Part shown: positions 54,663 to 64,000 of the stretch, piece after piece
Numbering within the stretch: the stretch's first letter is position 1
How the letters are laid out: each line of letters starts with the position of its first letter
Assembly: GCA_965222155.1 (NCBI GenBank)
Contig: CBDCTH010000012.1
Location: forward strand, 2,976,001 to 3,040,000
Direction of reading: 5' to 3'
Source: Gammaproteobacteria bacterium
GTDB taxonomy: Bacteria > Pseudomonadota > Gammaproteobacteria > Eutrophobiales > Eutrophobiaceae
DNA length: 64,000 nucleotides
Program-made: the position numbers and the translations under genes
Notes under the pieces: generated by a model
Databases searched by the model: none
The model's input: only the letters and a program-made list of their open reading frames with translations
What the model was told of the DNA's origin: nothing

Positions 54663-54778
54663 GAGGTGATGCACCCGGTGTTGTGTTTATGTGTTTTTTT
54701 CAGAAGACAACAAGCAACGTAAGAGGCGTACACCACCATGAAGAAAGATACAGTAGTTTCCCTGAAAAAGCCAGTAGC
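54663..54778 (+). mobile_element. Possible left-end remnant of an IS256-family element
   Basis: GAGGTGATGCACCCG end-like sequence, SD AAGAGG, then MKKDTVVSLKKP (ATG 54738), which resembles IS256 transposase N-termini; cut by the IS481-like end. Family assigned from recall only. Confidence 0.4.
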
Positions 54779-55205
54779 TGTCCGGGTTCAGTACCTATGA
54801 GACAAGCCTGTGCTGGCGCAGGCCAGTATCAGGCGGTCTGTGTGAGGTGCTGATACTACGCCATCGGGGTGAGTAAGCCAATGCCGTCATGGGGTCGACA
54901 GGTATTGTAGTGGGTCTGATACGCCGCCAGTTTTTGATTGATGGCGGCGACCGTCAAGGGACCCTCGTAAAACGGGTAGAACGCATAACGGCTGGTGCCA
55001 TTGGCACGCGCCACACAGCCATTATAGTCGGGTTTTTTCGGGGGCAGCCCATACAGGGGGATGCCCAAGTTCTGGCAGGCCTGTTCGAACGCATCCCGGA
55101 ATTCCGAGCCGCCCTCCACCTGCAGGGAACGGATAGGAAACGGCGCCTGCGCCTGCGCCTGCAGGGTTGCCAGGAAGCGCCTGGCATTGCCACGGGTGGC
55201 CCGAC
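54779..55205 (-). pseudogene. IS481-like integrase-core transposase 3' remnant with right end
   Basis: PFPIRSLQVEGGSEF, NGCVARAN and YNTCRPH motifs with the catalytic D and E altered; in-frame stop at 54856; end ...GTACTGAACCCGGACA (TGT at 54779). Confidence 0.75.
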
Positions 55206-55221
55206 ATTTTTGTTTTCCGTA

Positions 55222-55260
55222 CTCTGACAAGTCCTGGATGGACTTGTTCAGAGTTTCCTT
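55222..55260. repeat. Hairpin / MITE-end remnant abutting the radC stop
   Basis: CTCTGACAAGTCC-TGGAT-GGACTTGTTCAGAG; the AGAGTTTCC end resembles the MITE end at 447-457. Confidence 0.5.
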
Positions 55261-55262
55261 AA

Positions 55263-55937
55263 TTACATCAAGCCCCGTTCGGCCATGGACGTTACTACCT
55301 TGTCGCCGACTACCAGGTGGTCCAGCACGCGCACGTCCAGCAGGGCCAGGGCCTGGGTCAGCTTGACGGTGATCTGCCGATCCGCCTGGCTGGGCTCGGC
55401 AATACCCGAGGGGTGGTTGTGAGCGAAGATGATGGCCGCTGCGTTCAGTTCCAGACAGCGTTTTACCACCTCGCGCGGGTAGACGCTGGCGCCGTCAATG
55501 GTACCGGTAAACAGGATTTCATTGTTGATGATACGGTGGCGATTATCCAGGAACAGGCAGGCAAATACCTCATGGGGGAAACGGCATAACCAGGCTTTAA
55601 CGTAGGTCTTGGTCTTATCCGGGTTGCATAATACGGGCTTGGCGCGCACCTCTGCCTCCAGGTAACGACGCCCCAGTTCCAGGGCGGCCTGTAACAGCAC
55701 CCACTTGGCTTCACCCAGACCCTTGGTCGTGAGCAGTGTTTTCCGGTTCTGCTCAAGTAACGGCCGCAGCCCCTGAGCCTTGACCAACATATCCCTGGCC
55801 ATGTCCACGGCGCTGTGGCCGCTGTAACCGGAGCCCAGGAAGATGGCGATCAGTTCCGCGTCGGACAGACTGTGCGGTCCGTTGTTCAGCAGCTTGAAGC
55901 GGGGTTGTTCGGTTTGCGGCCAGTGGCGAATCGCCAT
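55263..55937 (-). CDS. radC: RadC/YicR family JAB-domain protein
   Basis: LSDAELIAIFL, GTIDGASVYPREVV, AHNHPSG, VLDHLVVG. Confidence 0.94.
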   Translation of the reverse strand: MAIRHWPQTEQPRFKLLNNGPHSLSDAELIAIFLGSGYSGHSAVDMARDMLVKAQGLRPLLEQNRKTLLTTKGLGEAKWVLLQAALELGRRYLEAEVRAKPVLCNPDKTKTYVKAWLCRFPHEVFACLFLDNRHRIINNEILFTGTIDGASVYPREVVKRCLELNAAAIIFAHNHPSGIAEPSQADRQITVKLTQALALLDVRVLDHLVVGDKVVTSMAERGLM

Positions 55938-56160
55938 GATGAACCTCCTTGTTCGGCATATAAGGGTAAGATGTCAATCAAGCATACAGGAGAATGATAA
56001 GAACGACAACATCAAAAGAGTTCATCAAAAGAGTTCAGAGAAACCCTGTCCACGCCGAGGTCGCAGGGAAGGTTGATCGCCGGGCAGGAAATTCAGCCTG
56101 GGCATGCATGTGCCCGGATGCAAACATGCATTCATCCCGGATATGGGCTAAACTGACGCC

Positions 56161-57402
56161 ATGCAAGCGCTTGCCGATAAACGTGTCCTGCTTGGTATAT
56201 CCGGGGGTATCGCCGCGTACAAAAGTGCTGAGTTAACCCGGCGCTTGTGCGACCAAGGCGCTACTGTGCGAGTGGTTATGACCCCGGCGGCCACTGAATT
56301 CATTACGCCCCTGACCCTGCAGGCCCTGTCGGGCAATCCCGTACACACTGATTTGCTGGACCATGGAGCCGAAGCCGCCATGGGGCACATTGAATTGGCG
56401 CGCTGGGCCGACATGATCGTCATCGCGCCGGCTACGGCGAACTTTATTGCCCGCCTGAGTAACGGGTTGGCTGACGACCTGTTGTCAACCCTGTGCCTGG
56501 CGACAACCGCACCGTTACTGGTTGCGCCGGCAATGAACCAGCAGATGTGGCAGAACCCCGCCACGCAGGAGAACATCGCCCGCTTGCAGGACCGGGGGAT
56601 TACCCTGCTTGGCCCTGCCAGCGGCGCCCAGGCCTGTGGAGAGACAGGCCCCGGCCGCCTGCTTGAACCGGATGAGATCGTGCCGGCGATCATCGCAGCA
56701 GGCAGGACAAATACGCTTGCCGGCGTCAGCGTGATGGTCAGCGCCGGGCCGACCCGGGAGTTTATCGACCCGGTTCGCTATCTCAGCAACCGCAGTTCGG
56801 GGAAAATGGGCTATGCCGTTGCCCGGGCCGCCGAGGAGGCCGGCGCCTCGGTCACCCTGGTATCAGGGCCCGTTGCCCTAACGCCGCCTGCGCGTGTCCG
56901 GGTTATCGAAGTGGTTTCCGCCAGCCAGATGCATGACTCAATTCTGAAAGAGGCAGCGTCCTGCGACATATTTATTTCAGCCGCGGCCGTAGCGGATTAT
57001 CGAAGTCGCGAGACAATGTTGCAGAAGATGAAAAAACAGGACGCCGGAATACTTCTGCGCCTGGAGAAAACGCCGGACATCCTGTCTGAAGTCGCTGCGC
57101 TTGCCAATCCGCCCTTTACCGTCGGATTTGCCGCGGAAACGGAATATCTCGCGGGCAATGCAAAACAGAAACTGGTGAATAAAAAGCTGGATATGATAGC
57201 GGCAAATCAGGTAGGAGACGGACTTGGGTTTGACAGTGACGAAAATGCCCTGGATGTCTACTGGCCGGGCGGATCACAGTCACTGGGGACGGCATCGAAG
57301 GAGAAACTGGCCGGACAGTTTATGGAAATAATCGTTGCGCGCTATCGGGATAAATCTCAGGAACAACCACAGAAGCCTGTCCTGAAAGACGTTTCGGGCT
57401 GA
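56161..57402 (+). CDS. coaBC: Bifunctional phosphopantothenoylcysteine decarboxylase/ligase
   Basis: GGIAAYK, HIELA, PAMN, ACGE.GPGR, SNRSSGKMG, GFAAET. Confidence 0.96.
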   Translation: MQALADKRVLLGISGGIAAYKSAELTRRLCDQGATVRVVMTPAATEFITPLTLQALSGNPVHTDLLDHGAEAAMGHIELARWADMIVIAPATANFIARLSNGLADDLLSTLCLATTAPLLVAPAMNQQMWQNPATQENIARLQDRGITLLGPASGAQACGETGPGRLLEPDEIVPAIIAAGRTNTLAGVSVMVSAGPTREFIDPVRYLSNRSSGKMGYAVARAAEEAGASVTLVSGPVALTPPARVRVIEVVSASQMHDSILKEAASCDIFISAAAVADYRSRETMLQKMKKQDAGILLRLEKTPDILSEVAALANPPFTVGFAAETEYLAGNAKQKLVNKKLDMIAANQVGDGLGFDSDENALDVYWPGGSQSLGTASKEKLAGQFMEIIVARYRDKSQEQPQKPVLKDVSG

Positions 57403-57407
57403 TCAAC

Positions 57408-58802
57408 ATGACCCGCTCCGCTGTTCCCCCTTCCATTTTCCGCGCCTATGACATACGGGGAGTGGTGGGCCGGACGTTGACCGCGGACATTGCCCACCGT
57501 ATCGGGCTTGGCATCGGTACGGAAGCCAGGGACAGGGGAGAACAGGCGCTGATCATCGGGCGCGACGGCAGGCACTCGAGCCCGGAACTGGCCGGCGCCC
57601 TGGTTACGGGCCTGCGCGAGAGTGGGCGAGATGTCGTGGATATCGGCATGGTTCCTACGCCGCTATTGTATTTTGCCACCCACTGGCTGCACGCGAACAG
57701 TGGAGTGATGGTGACGGGCAGCCATAATGGTCCCGAATATAACGGTGTGAAACTGATCATCGGCGGGCAGACCCTGTTCGGGGACGCGCTACAGGCGATT
57801 TATCGGCGCATTGTTGCGGGTGATTTTTCCTGTGGCAATGGCGGGTTGTCGTCTGCAGATGTCCGGGTCGATTACATCGCGAGAATAACCGACGACATCT
57901 CACCTGTGGCGAACGGCGCGGGGTTGAAGATCGTCATCGATTGCGGCAACGGTGTGGCGGGCGATGTCGCCCCACAGTTGTTTCGCGCCCTGGGCCATCG
58001 TGTAGTGGAAATGTATTGCGACGTCGATGGAGCATTTCCCAACCATCATCCCGACCCCAGTCAGCCGGAAAACATGGAGGCGCTTGTCGCCCGGGTAAAA
58101 GAGCAGCAGGCCGATATCGGGCTTGCCTTTGACGGTGATGGAGACCGGCTTGGCGTTGTCGACAGCGCCGGGCATATTATCTGGCCTGACCGGCAATTGA
58201 TGGTGCTGGCAAAGGATGTGCTGACCCGTAACCAGGGCGCCAGCATCATCTATGACGTGAAGTGTTCGCGCCACTTGAAAACCGTGATTGAAGCCAACGG
58301 CGGTGTGCCGCTGATGTGGAAGACCGGCCATTCCCTGATCAAGAGCAAAATGGAGGAGATGCAGGCCCCGCTCGCCGGTGAGTTGAGCGGTCACATCTTC
58401 TTCAAGGAGCGCTGGTACGGTTTCGACGATGCGCTTTATGCTGGCGCCCGCCTGCTGGAAATCATACTGCGTAGCCGGACCCGATCAGAGGACCTGTTTG
58501 CGGAAATGCCGGAAGGCGTTTCGACACCTGAATTGCGGGTGAAGTTGCCTGAGGATGCGCATCAAACCTACATGCAGGAACTCAAAGACAATGTCGATTT
58601 TCCCGGCACACAGATCATCAGTACGGATGGGGTGAGGGTTGAATTTCAGGACGGCTGGGGCCTGGTGCGCGCGTCGAATACCTCACCCGTGCTTACCCTT
58701 CGCTTTGAAGCTGACGACCAGGCTGCCCTGGAACGTATACAAGGCCGGTTCCGCAGTTTGTTGCAGGCGACGGCGGACACCAGCCTGCAGTTGCCTTTTT
58801 AA
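57408..58802 (+). CDS. algC: Phosphomannomutase/phosphoglucomutase
   Basis: FRAYDIRG, TGSHN, DGDGDR, GELSGH, RASNT. Confidence 0.92.
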   Translation: MTRSAVPPSIFRAYDIRGVVGRTLTADIAHRIGLGIGTEARDRGEQALIIGRDGRHSSPELAGALVTGLRESGRDVVDIGMVPTPLLYFATHWLHANSGVMVTGSHNGPEYNGVKLIIGGQTLFGDALQAIYRRIVAGDFSCGNGGLSSADVRVDYIARITDDISPVANGAGLKIVIDCGNGVAGDVAPQLFRALGHRVVEMYCDVDGAFPNHHPDPSQPENMEALVARVKEQQADIGLAFDGDGDRLGVVDSAGHIIWPDRQLMVLAKDVLTRNQGASIIYDVKCSRHLKTVIEANGGVPLMWKTGHSLIKSKMEEMQAPLAGELSGHIFFKERWYGFDDALYAGARLLEIILRSRTRSEDLFAEMPEGVSTPELRVKLPEDAHQTYMQELKDNVDFPGTQIISTDGVRVEFQDGWGLVRASNTSPVLTLRFEADDQAALERIQGRFRSLLQATADTSLQLPF

Positions 58803-58869
58803 GGATAATCATGTCTTCAACGGGCATATAACCCGGGTGCGTAATCTGTCGGAACCCGAGGCTCCCCGA

Positions 58870-59529
58870 TCATTCCCCGTCATGTTGTTGGATTCCGTAT
58901 TCCGCTCTGTAGCTCAGTATATCTTTGAGTGGCGTTGAATGCGCCGGGTCTTTGCGCAGGAATTCGATCAGGTTGTCCAGGGTAATGATGGGGACAACCG
59001 GAATGCCGTAACGGCGCTGAATCTCAGCAATGGCCGATGAACCGTCCTGGCCGCGTTCCTGGCGATCCAGGGCGATGATCACCGCTGTTATCCGGGCGCC
59101 ATGACGCTGTATCAAATCGACAGAGAAATTGATCGAGGTACCGGCCGTGATGACATCGTCGATAATCAGGATTTCGCCGTGCAGGGGCGCGCCGGCAAGC
59201 ATGCCGCCTTCGCCGTGATCCTTTTCCTCCTTGCGATTAAAACAATAAGGCAGGGAACAATGATTATCATTGGCGTATGCTATGGCGACCGCGGTCACCA
59301 GCGGGATACCTTTATAAGCCGGTCCGAACAACATATCGAATTGAAGACCCGCGTCTTCGATGGCAAGCATATAAAACTGTCCCAAGAGGGCGATGCTGTT
59401 GCCGTTGTTGAACAGCCCGCTATTAAAAAAATACGGACTGCTGCGGCCTGATTTCAGGGTGAACCGGCCAAATTGCAATACCTTGTTGCGGATGGCGAAA
59501 TCTATAAACCTGGCTTGGTATTCTTTCAC
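58870..59529 (-). CDS. pyrE: Orotate phosphoribosyltransferase
   Basis: FTLKSGR.SPYFFN, GPAYKGIP, RKEEKDHGEGG, IIDDVITAGT. Confidence 0.96.
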   Translation of the reverse strand: MKEYQARFIDFAIRNKVLQFGRFTLKSGRSSPYFFNSGLFNNGNSIALLGQFYMLAIEDAGLQFDMLFGPAYKGIPLVTAVAIAYANDNHCSLPYCFNRKEEKDHGEGGMLAGAPLHGEILIIDDVITAGTSINFSVDLIQRHGARITAVIIALDRQERGQDGSSAIAEIQRRYGIPVVPIITLDNLIEFLRKDPAHSTPLKDILSYRAEYGIQQHDGE

Positions 59530-59594
59530 GGTTTTGCCAACGCGCGCAGACCAGGAGACGTAGTCTGATAATACTTAGCCCGCATGCACGATTT

Positions 59595-60431
59595 TCATGC
59601 GGCCAGGCGCGGCTGCGCGGGCGCAGGCCCGCCGCGCTGCAGGCGCGACTTGATTTGTAGCATCAGGCAGACAAACGGGGCATACCAGGGCTGTATTCGC
59701 GCAACGCCGCGTTTGAATGAGGGTCGTTGCATGATACGCGCAGCCCAGTTACGGATATTCGGGTAATTTCGGAAGTCGACCGCCCCGGTGCGATGATTCA
59801 GGTAATACGTGACGAACCAGGCTATGTCGGCGTAACTGAACTGATCGCCCACCAGCCATTGATGCTGGCCAAGCTCTTTTTCGATACTGTCGTAGAAAGC
59901 GAACAGTTGCCGTTCGGCGCTAAGAACCGTGGATTCTGCAAAGCCGGACAGAGTCTGCTGGTGAAAAGCAATCAAGTCGGGGTCTTCCTGCTTCTCAATA
60001 TAGTGTTCCATCATCTCCGGTTTCTTGGATGCGCCCAGTATCTGTGAGTACATGTAGGTCTTGACCACGCCCATGTGGTTGTCAGTGGCGCTGTCCATCC
60101 AGTTGTCAGCCTGTTGGCGTTGTTCCGGATCGGACGGATAGAGAGCGGGTTCCGGGAATTGCTTTTCGATGTAACGCAGGATATCTATCGACTCGGTGAC
60201 CACTACGCCGTCATGCACCAGCGCGGGCACCAGTCCCGTGGGGTTGATCCTGAAGTATTCGTCCCTGGTATTTTCCTGGGTAAACAGATTGACGGCGTGG
60301 GGCGTCCAGTCCTGGCCTTTTTCTTCGAGTGCAATAGATACGCGCTGGGCACAGTTCGACAAAAAGTAGTGGTACACATGCAAGCCTTTCATGGACTTTA
60401 TGCCGGGGTCGGCGTTCTCGTAGACAGGCAC
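59595..60431 (-). CDS. Glutathione S-transferase family protein
   Basis: SNCAQRV, INPTGLVPAL, ESIDI, GDQFSYADI. Confidence 0.88.
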   Translation of the reverse strand: MPVYENADPGIKSMKGLHVYHYFLSNCAQRVSIALEEKGQDWTPHAVNLFTQENTRDEYFRINPTGLVPALVHDGVVVTESIDILRYIEKQFPEPALYPSDPEQRQQADNWMDSATDNHMGVVKTYMYSQILGASKKPEMMEHYIEKQEDPDLIAFHQQTLSGFAESTVLSAERQLFAFYDSIEKELGQHQWLVGDQFSYADIAWFVTYYLNHRTGAVDFRNYPNIRNWAARIMQRPSFKRGVARIQPWYAPFVCLMLQIKSRLQRGGPAPAQPRLAA

Positions 60432-60493
60432 GGTCTGTTCTCCTCGGAAGATGCAATTGATTTTTTAAATTATCAAGTCAGTATACATCAGCT

Positions 60494-61261
60494 ATGAAGA
60501 TTATCACATTAAATGCCAACGGGATTCGCGCTGCTGACAGAAAGGGTTTTTTTGACTGGATGCTGAAACAAAATGCCGACGTTGTCTGCTTACAGGAAAT
60601 AAAGGCGCAGACCGAACAATTGGACACGCGGATATTGCAACCGCCCGGGTATTGCGGATTCTTCAACAGCGCGGAAAAAAAAGGCTACAGCGGTGTTGCC
60701 CTGTATTCCCGCCGGGAACCGGACAAGGTGGCTGATCGACTGGGCTGGGATACGGCCGACCGGGAGGGGCGCTTCCTCCAGGCTGATTATAACGGGGTCA
60801 GTGTCGTGTCCCTGTACCTGCCGTCCGGTACCTCGGGTGACGAACGGCAGGCGGTCAAGTATGATTTCATGGCGCGCTTTGAGGCGGTGCTGACGGCAAT
60901 GCGGCGCCGGGGCCGGGAAGTTATCATCTGTGGTGATTGGAATATCGCCCATAAGGAAATTGATTTGAAAAACTGGCGCAGCAACCGGAAAAATTCCGGG
61001 TTTCTGCCGGAGGAGCGGGCATGGATGGACAAGGTGTTTGGTGAGTTTGGTATGGTCGACGCATTCCGCGTGGTGAACCAGGAGACCGAGCAATATACCT
61101 GGTGGTCAAACCGAGGTCAATCCTGGGCGAAAAACGTGGGCTGGCGTATCGATTATCAGGTAGTGACACCGGGGCTGACGGACCACGTCAAGTCAGTATC
61201 AATTTACAAACAACAGCGTTTCTCGGACCATGCCCCTCTGACCATTGAATACGACATATAA
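60494..61261 (+). CDS. xth: Exodeoxyribonuclease III / Crc-like protein
   Basis: NANGIRA, CLQEIK, GYSGV, GDWNIAH, GWRIDY, SDHAP. Confidence 0.9.
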   Translation: MKIITLNANGIRAADRKGFFDWMLKQNADVVCLQEIKAQTEQLDTRILQPPGYCGFFNSAEKKGYSGVALYSRREPDKVADRLGWDTADREGRFLQADYNGVSVVSLYLPSGTSGDERQAVKYDFMARFEAVLTAMRRRGREVIICGDWNIAHKEIDLKNWRSNRKNSGFLPEERAWMDKVFGEFGMVDAFRVVNQETEQYTWWSNRGQSWAKNVGWRIDYQVVTPGLTDHVKSVSIYKQQRFSDHAPLTIEYDI

Positions 61262-61295
61262 AAGCTTGTCTGCAGCGCCTGTCGTAACCGACTCG

Positions 61296-61739
61296 CTATT
61301 CCGTAAAAAACTGCTGCTGAAAAGAAAAGCTCAAGGCAACGGACTCGCCTTCGGGGGTAATGCTCAGGTCAAAGTTTAGGGTTTCTTCATTATTTACGGC
61401 TGTCTCGGCGATGTAGTAAATTGCCCCGTTTCCCCTTAACTCCCGGGTATTCAGGTTTTTTAACTGCCGTGTCAGGTTGGTCGCAGTGGCTTCCACCTGC
61501 GCCTTGACCGGTTGACCTGTCGTTCCCATGACCTTCTTGAGCACGGAAATATTGAGAATGGCCCGGTTTTTACTGCGGCGGATTTTGTAGAGCCGGGCGA
61601 CCTCGGGCGATAGCAGATCCGTGGTAAAGGCCACGTAATGGATGGTGTACTCACTGAACGTCTTTGACTGCTCGGCGCTGACAGTGAATCCGGCAGTTGT
61701 TAACAATAATGTGATCAGGGCGATTGCGATTCGGGGCAT
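61296..61739 (-). CDS. DUF4426 family exported protein
   Basis: Signal peptide, IHY.AF, Y.I.RSKNRAILNISV, AIYYIA, FQQQF. Confidence 0.8.
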   Translation of the reverse strand: MPRIAIALITLLLTTAGFTVSAEQSKTFSEYTIHYVAFTTDLLSPEVARLYKIRRSKNRAILNISVLKKVMGTTGQPVKAQVEATATNLTRQLKNLNTRELRGNGAIYYIAETAVNNEETLNFDLSITPEGESVALSFSFQQQFFTE

Positions 61740-61821
61740 CGGTTACTCCTTTCTGCTTGGACGTTAAGAATATACTATACCAGGGGCAAAACTGGCAACA
61801 GGCTTGTCTCTGCTACAGCCA

Positions 61822-61988
61822 TTCCCGCTAAATCGAGGTCAATACAGAAGACAGGGGGGGACAGATTTAAATCTGTCCCCCAGGAGTCCCGGGCATACTC
61901 TGACCATGAAGGGGCAGTTTCCCTGGGAGGGAGGGCGTCTCGCCCTCCACGAGGGCAGGATGCCCTCGATCCCGGGAGTTAGCGGGAA
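61822..61988. mobile_element. MITE family C, copy 1 (about 167 bp)
   Basis: TIR TTCCCGCTAA / TTAGCGGGAA; internal palindrome GGGGACAGATTTAAATCTGTCCCC and paired GAGGGC hairpins; near-identical to 63558-63725. Confidence 0.85.
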
Positions 61989-62089
61989 CTGCTGTCTCTG
62001 CCAGGTATTCGAACTGACCGGAGTGAGAAGGACCGGCAGGCGCCCGGTACGCCGGTAAGATGCAGCCTTCCAGGGCGGCACGATACGGT

Positions 62090-62671
62090 TCAGGCGGCTA
62101 AAGCCCGTCCCAGTTCAGTCAAGGGTCTGACCAGCAGTATCAATGACAGTTGCAGGAAGATAAATACCAGTATGGGGGAAAAGTCGATGCCGTGGGCCGA
62201 AGGCAATAGTCTGCGGGCCGGCCGCAGCAAGGGCTCGGATAATTGATACAGGAGAACCGTAATCGGGTTATGGGAGCCGGGGCTGATCCAGCTGAGGATG
62301 ATCTGTACAAAGATTACGAACATGAAGATATGGATGATCAGTTTCAGTAACTCTGCGGCACTGAGCAGGAGCAGGCCGATAAAGGCAAAAGAAGAACCGT
62401 AGGTGATCAGGCTGGTCAGGGAAAATTCAATAGCCTGGAGCATGACCATCAGCATGATGCAAGACCAATCGATCCCGCCATGCCCCGGGATGAAACGACG
62501 CAACAAGCGCAGGGGCGGGCTGGTCACCTGCAACAGGAATTGTGAGATGGGGTTGCGGGAATCGGCCCGAACCGCCTGCAACAGGAAGCGCAGCACCACA
62601 AACAGGATGTAAATGGAAAAAATCGTATTGACCAAGTACAGCAAAGCATCGGTCAGGTAGGAACCGCCCAT
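62090..62671 (-). CDS. yggT: YggT family membrane protein
   Basis: Two YGGT repeats (NPISQF...P.RR.IP; ILSWI...DFSPI). Confidence 0.9.
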   Translation of the reverse strand: MGGSYLTDALLYLVNTIFSIYILFVVLRFLLQAVRADSRNPISQFLLQVTSPPLRLLRRFIPGHGGIDWSCIMLMVMLQAIEFSLTSLITYGSSFAFIGLLLLSAAELLKLIIHIFMFVIFVQIILSWISPGSHNPITVLLYQLSEPLLRPARRLLPSAHGIDFSPILVFIFLQLSLILLVRPLTELGRALAA

Positions 62672-62674
62672 CTG

Positions 62675-63496
62675 TTAATCCCCCTGTTGCGCCAGTTCTA
62701 TCGAACGCTCCCGGCAGGCAGTCAGCGCCCGGCGCAGCAACTGCTCCAGCCCCCCCTCCTCGAATGCCTGCAGCGCTTTCTCAGTGGTGCCGCCCGGGGA
62801 GGTAACACGCAGCCTCAGGGTGGCCGCATCCTCACCGGTTTCCTTCAGCATCCTGGCCGCCCCTAATGCGGTTTCAACGCTGAGCAGGCGGGCCTGTTCC
62901 CTGGACAGACCCATGTCAACAGCGATTTTTTCCAGCAGTTCAACGACCAGGAAGAAATAAGCGGGGCCACTGCCTGAGACGGCGGTCACGGTATCCAGCA
63001 GAGACTCATCATCCAGCCAGACCGCAACACCGACTGCCTGCATGATATGTGTTGCCGCCTCGCGCCGGGATGCGCTAACGTCAGCAGCGGCATACAGGCC
63101 GGTTGCGCCGGTGCGCAACAGTGCCGGTGTGTTGGGCATGGCGCGTACCACCGGGCAGGCACCGCCAAGCGCGTTATTGATGGCTCCGGTGCGAATGCCG
63201 GCCGCGATGGACAGGATCAGGGGGCTTTTGGTTTGCAGGGCCTCCCTGATATTGGTCAGGGCAGCCATGACTGTTTGCGGTTTGACCGCCAGAACAATGA
63301 CGTCAGCTACGGGAACAGCTTCTGTTACCCCGGCCGCGGTGCGGATATCGTAGCGAGTTTCCACCCTGTGGCGTTGATTTTCATCCGGGTCAACGCCGAA
63401 CAGCGATGATGCGGGGTGACCATTGGCGATAAGCCCACTGATGAGACTCGTCCCCATGTTGCCGCAACCGAGAAAGGTGATGTTCTGGTCCTGCAC
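62675..63496 (-). CDS. proC: Pyrroline-5-carboxylate reductase
   Basis: GCGNMG, LAVKPQ, RAMPNTP, SGSGPAY, VTSPGGTT. Confidence 0.96.
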   Translation of the reverse strand: MQDQNITFLGCGNMGTSLISGLIANGHPASSLFGVDPDENQRHRVETRYDIRTAAGVTEAVPVADVIVLAVKPQTVMAALTNIREALQTKSPLILSIAAGIRTGAINNALGGACPVVRAMPNTPALLRTGATGLYAAADVSASRREAATHIMQAVGVAVWLDDESLLDTVTAVSGSGPAYFFLVVELLEKIAVDMGLSREQARLLSVETALGAARMLKETGEDAATLRLRVTSPGGTTEKALQAFEEGGLEQLLRRALTACRERSIELAQQGD

Positions 63497-63557
63497 AATA
63501 TGCGCATCATATCAGTGTTTGCCACAGAGGGCACAGAGATCACAGAGTTTCCAGGTG

Positions 63558-63725
63558 CTCCCGTTAAATCGAGGTGAATACAGAAGACAGGGGGGGACAG
63601 ATTTAAATCTGTCCCCCAGGAGTCCCGGGCATACTCTGACCATAAAGGGGCCTATTTCCCTGGGAGGGAGGGCGTCTCGCCCTCCACGAGGGCAGGATGT
63701 CCTCGATCCCGGGAGTTAGCGGGAA
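63558..63725. mobile_element. MITE family C, copy 2, inside a cluster of other repeats (63520-63855)
   Basis: Direct repeat of 61822-61988 with few substitutions. Confidence 0.85.
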
Positions 63726-63877
63726 CTACTGCAGAGTTTCAGAAGGAGTGCTTTTTTCACATCCCCCTGCTTACTGCATGCGGGGGCAGGCTCTGTAACT
63801 GGATACCGGACAATCCCTGTCCGGCATGACGGGTTCTCTACTTCTCTGTGTCCTTATTTTCAGGAACTATCGCATGG

Positions 63878-64000
63878 CTACCGGGTTCTCGGGCCGAATA
63901 ATGCCGTCCCGATCCTGACCAAGGTCGCCCCTTCCGCTATGGCGGCCTGCATGTCATTGGTGGTGCCCATGGACAGCGTGTCGAGTTGGTAGCCGGTACC
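63878..64000 (-). CDS. yggS: PLP homeostasis protein YggS, 3' end (partial)
   Basis: Manual translation [35 protein letters not shown]. Confidence 0.92.
   Translation of the reverse strand, partial: GTGYQLDTLSMGTTNDMQAAIAEGATLVRIGTALFGPRTR

Noticed and set aside
61804-63719. ORFs 61804..62058 and 63423..63719 as paralogous proteins
   Set aside because: They are translations of MITE C.

Overview
64 kb of a gammaproteobacterial chromosome, very probably spanning the replication origin. Evidence: DnaA boxes and an AT-rich tract before dnaN-recF-gyrB, and two parS sites in recF, although dnaA is not in its usual place. Most of the window is housekeeping: bepA, pfp-hppA, leuS-lptE-holA-proA-nadD-rsfS-maf, comF/bioBFCD, the cytochrome c oxidase cluster, ftsYEX-rpoH with a perfect CIRCE, M16 peptidases-rsmD-coaD-ggt, mutM, rpmBG, radC, coaBC-algC, pyrE, xth and yggS-proC-yggT. 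Overlaid on this are many small mobile repeats (MITEs and REP-like palindromes, often nested), several deletion pseudogenes, an intact IS1182, a decayed toxin-antitoxin/IS islet between radC and rpmB, and an IS1111-type (IS110 family) element. The strongest finding is in that IS1111. Its 3' non-coding end folds into a bridge/seek-RNA-like loop whose two guide segments match the reconstituted insertion site (one 11/11 nt). That site is the terminal inverted repeat of a resident MITE family, so an RNA-guided recombinase appears programmed against another mobile element. All calls come from reading the sequence; no database searches were run.
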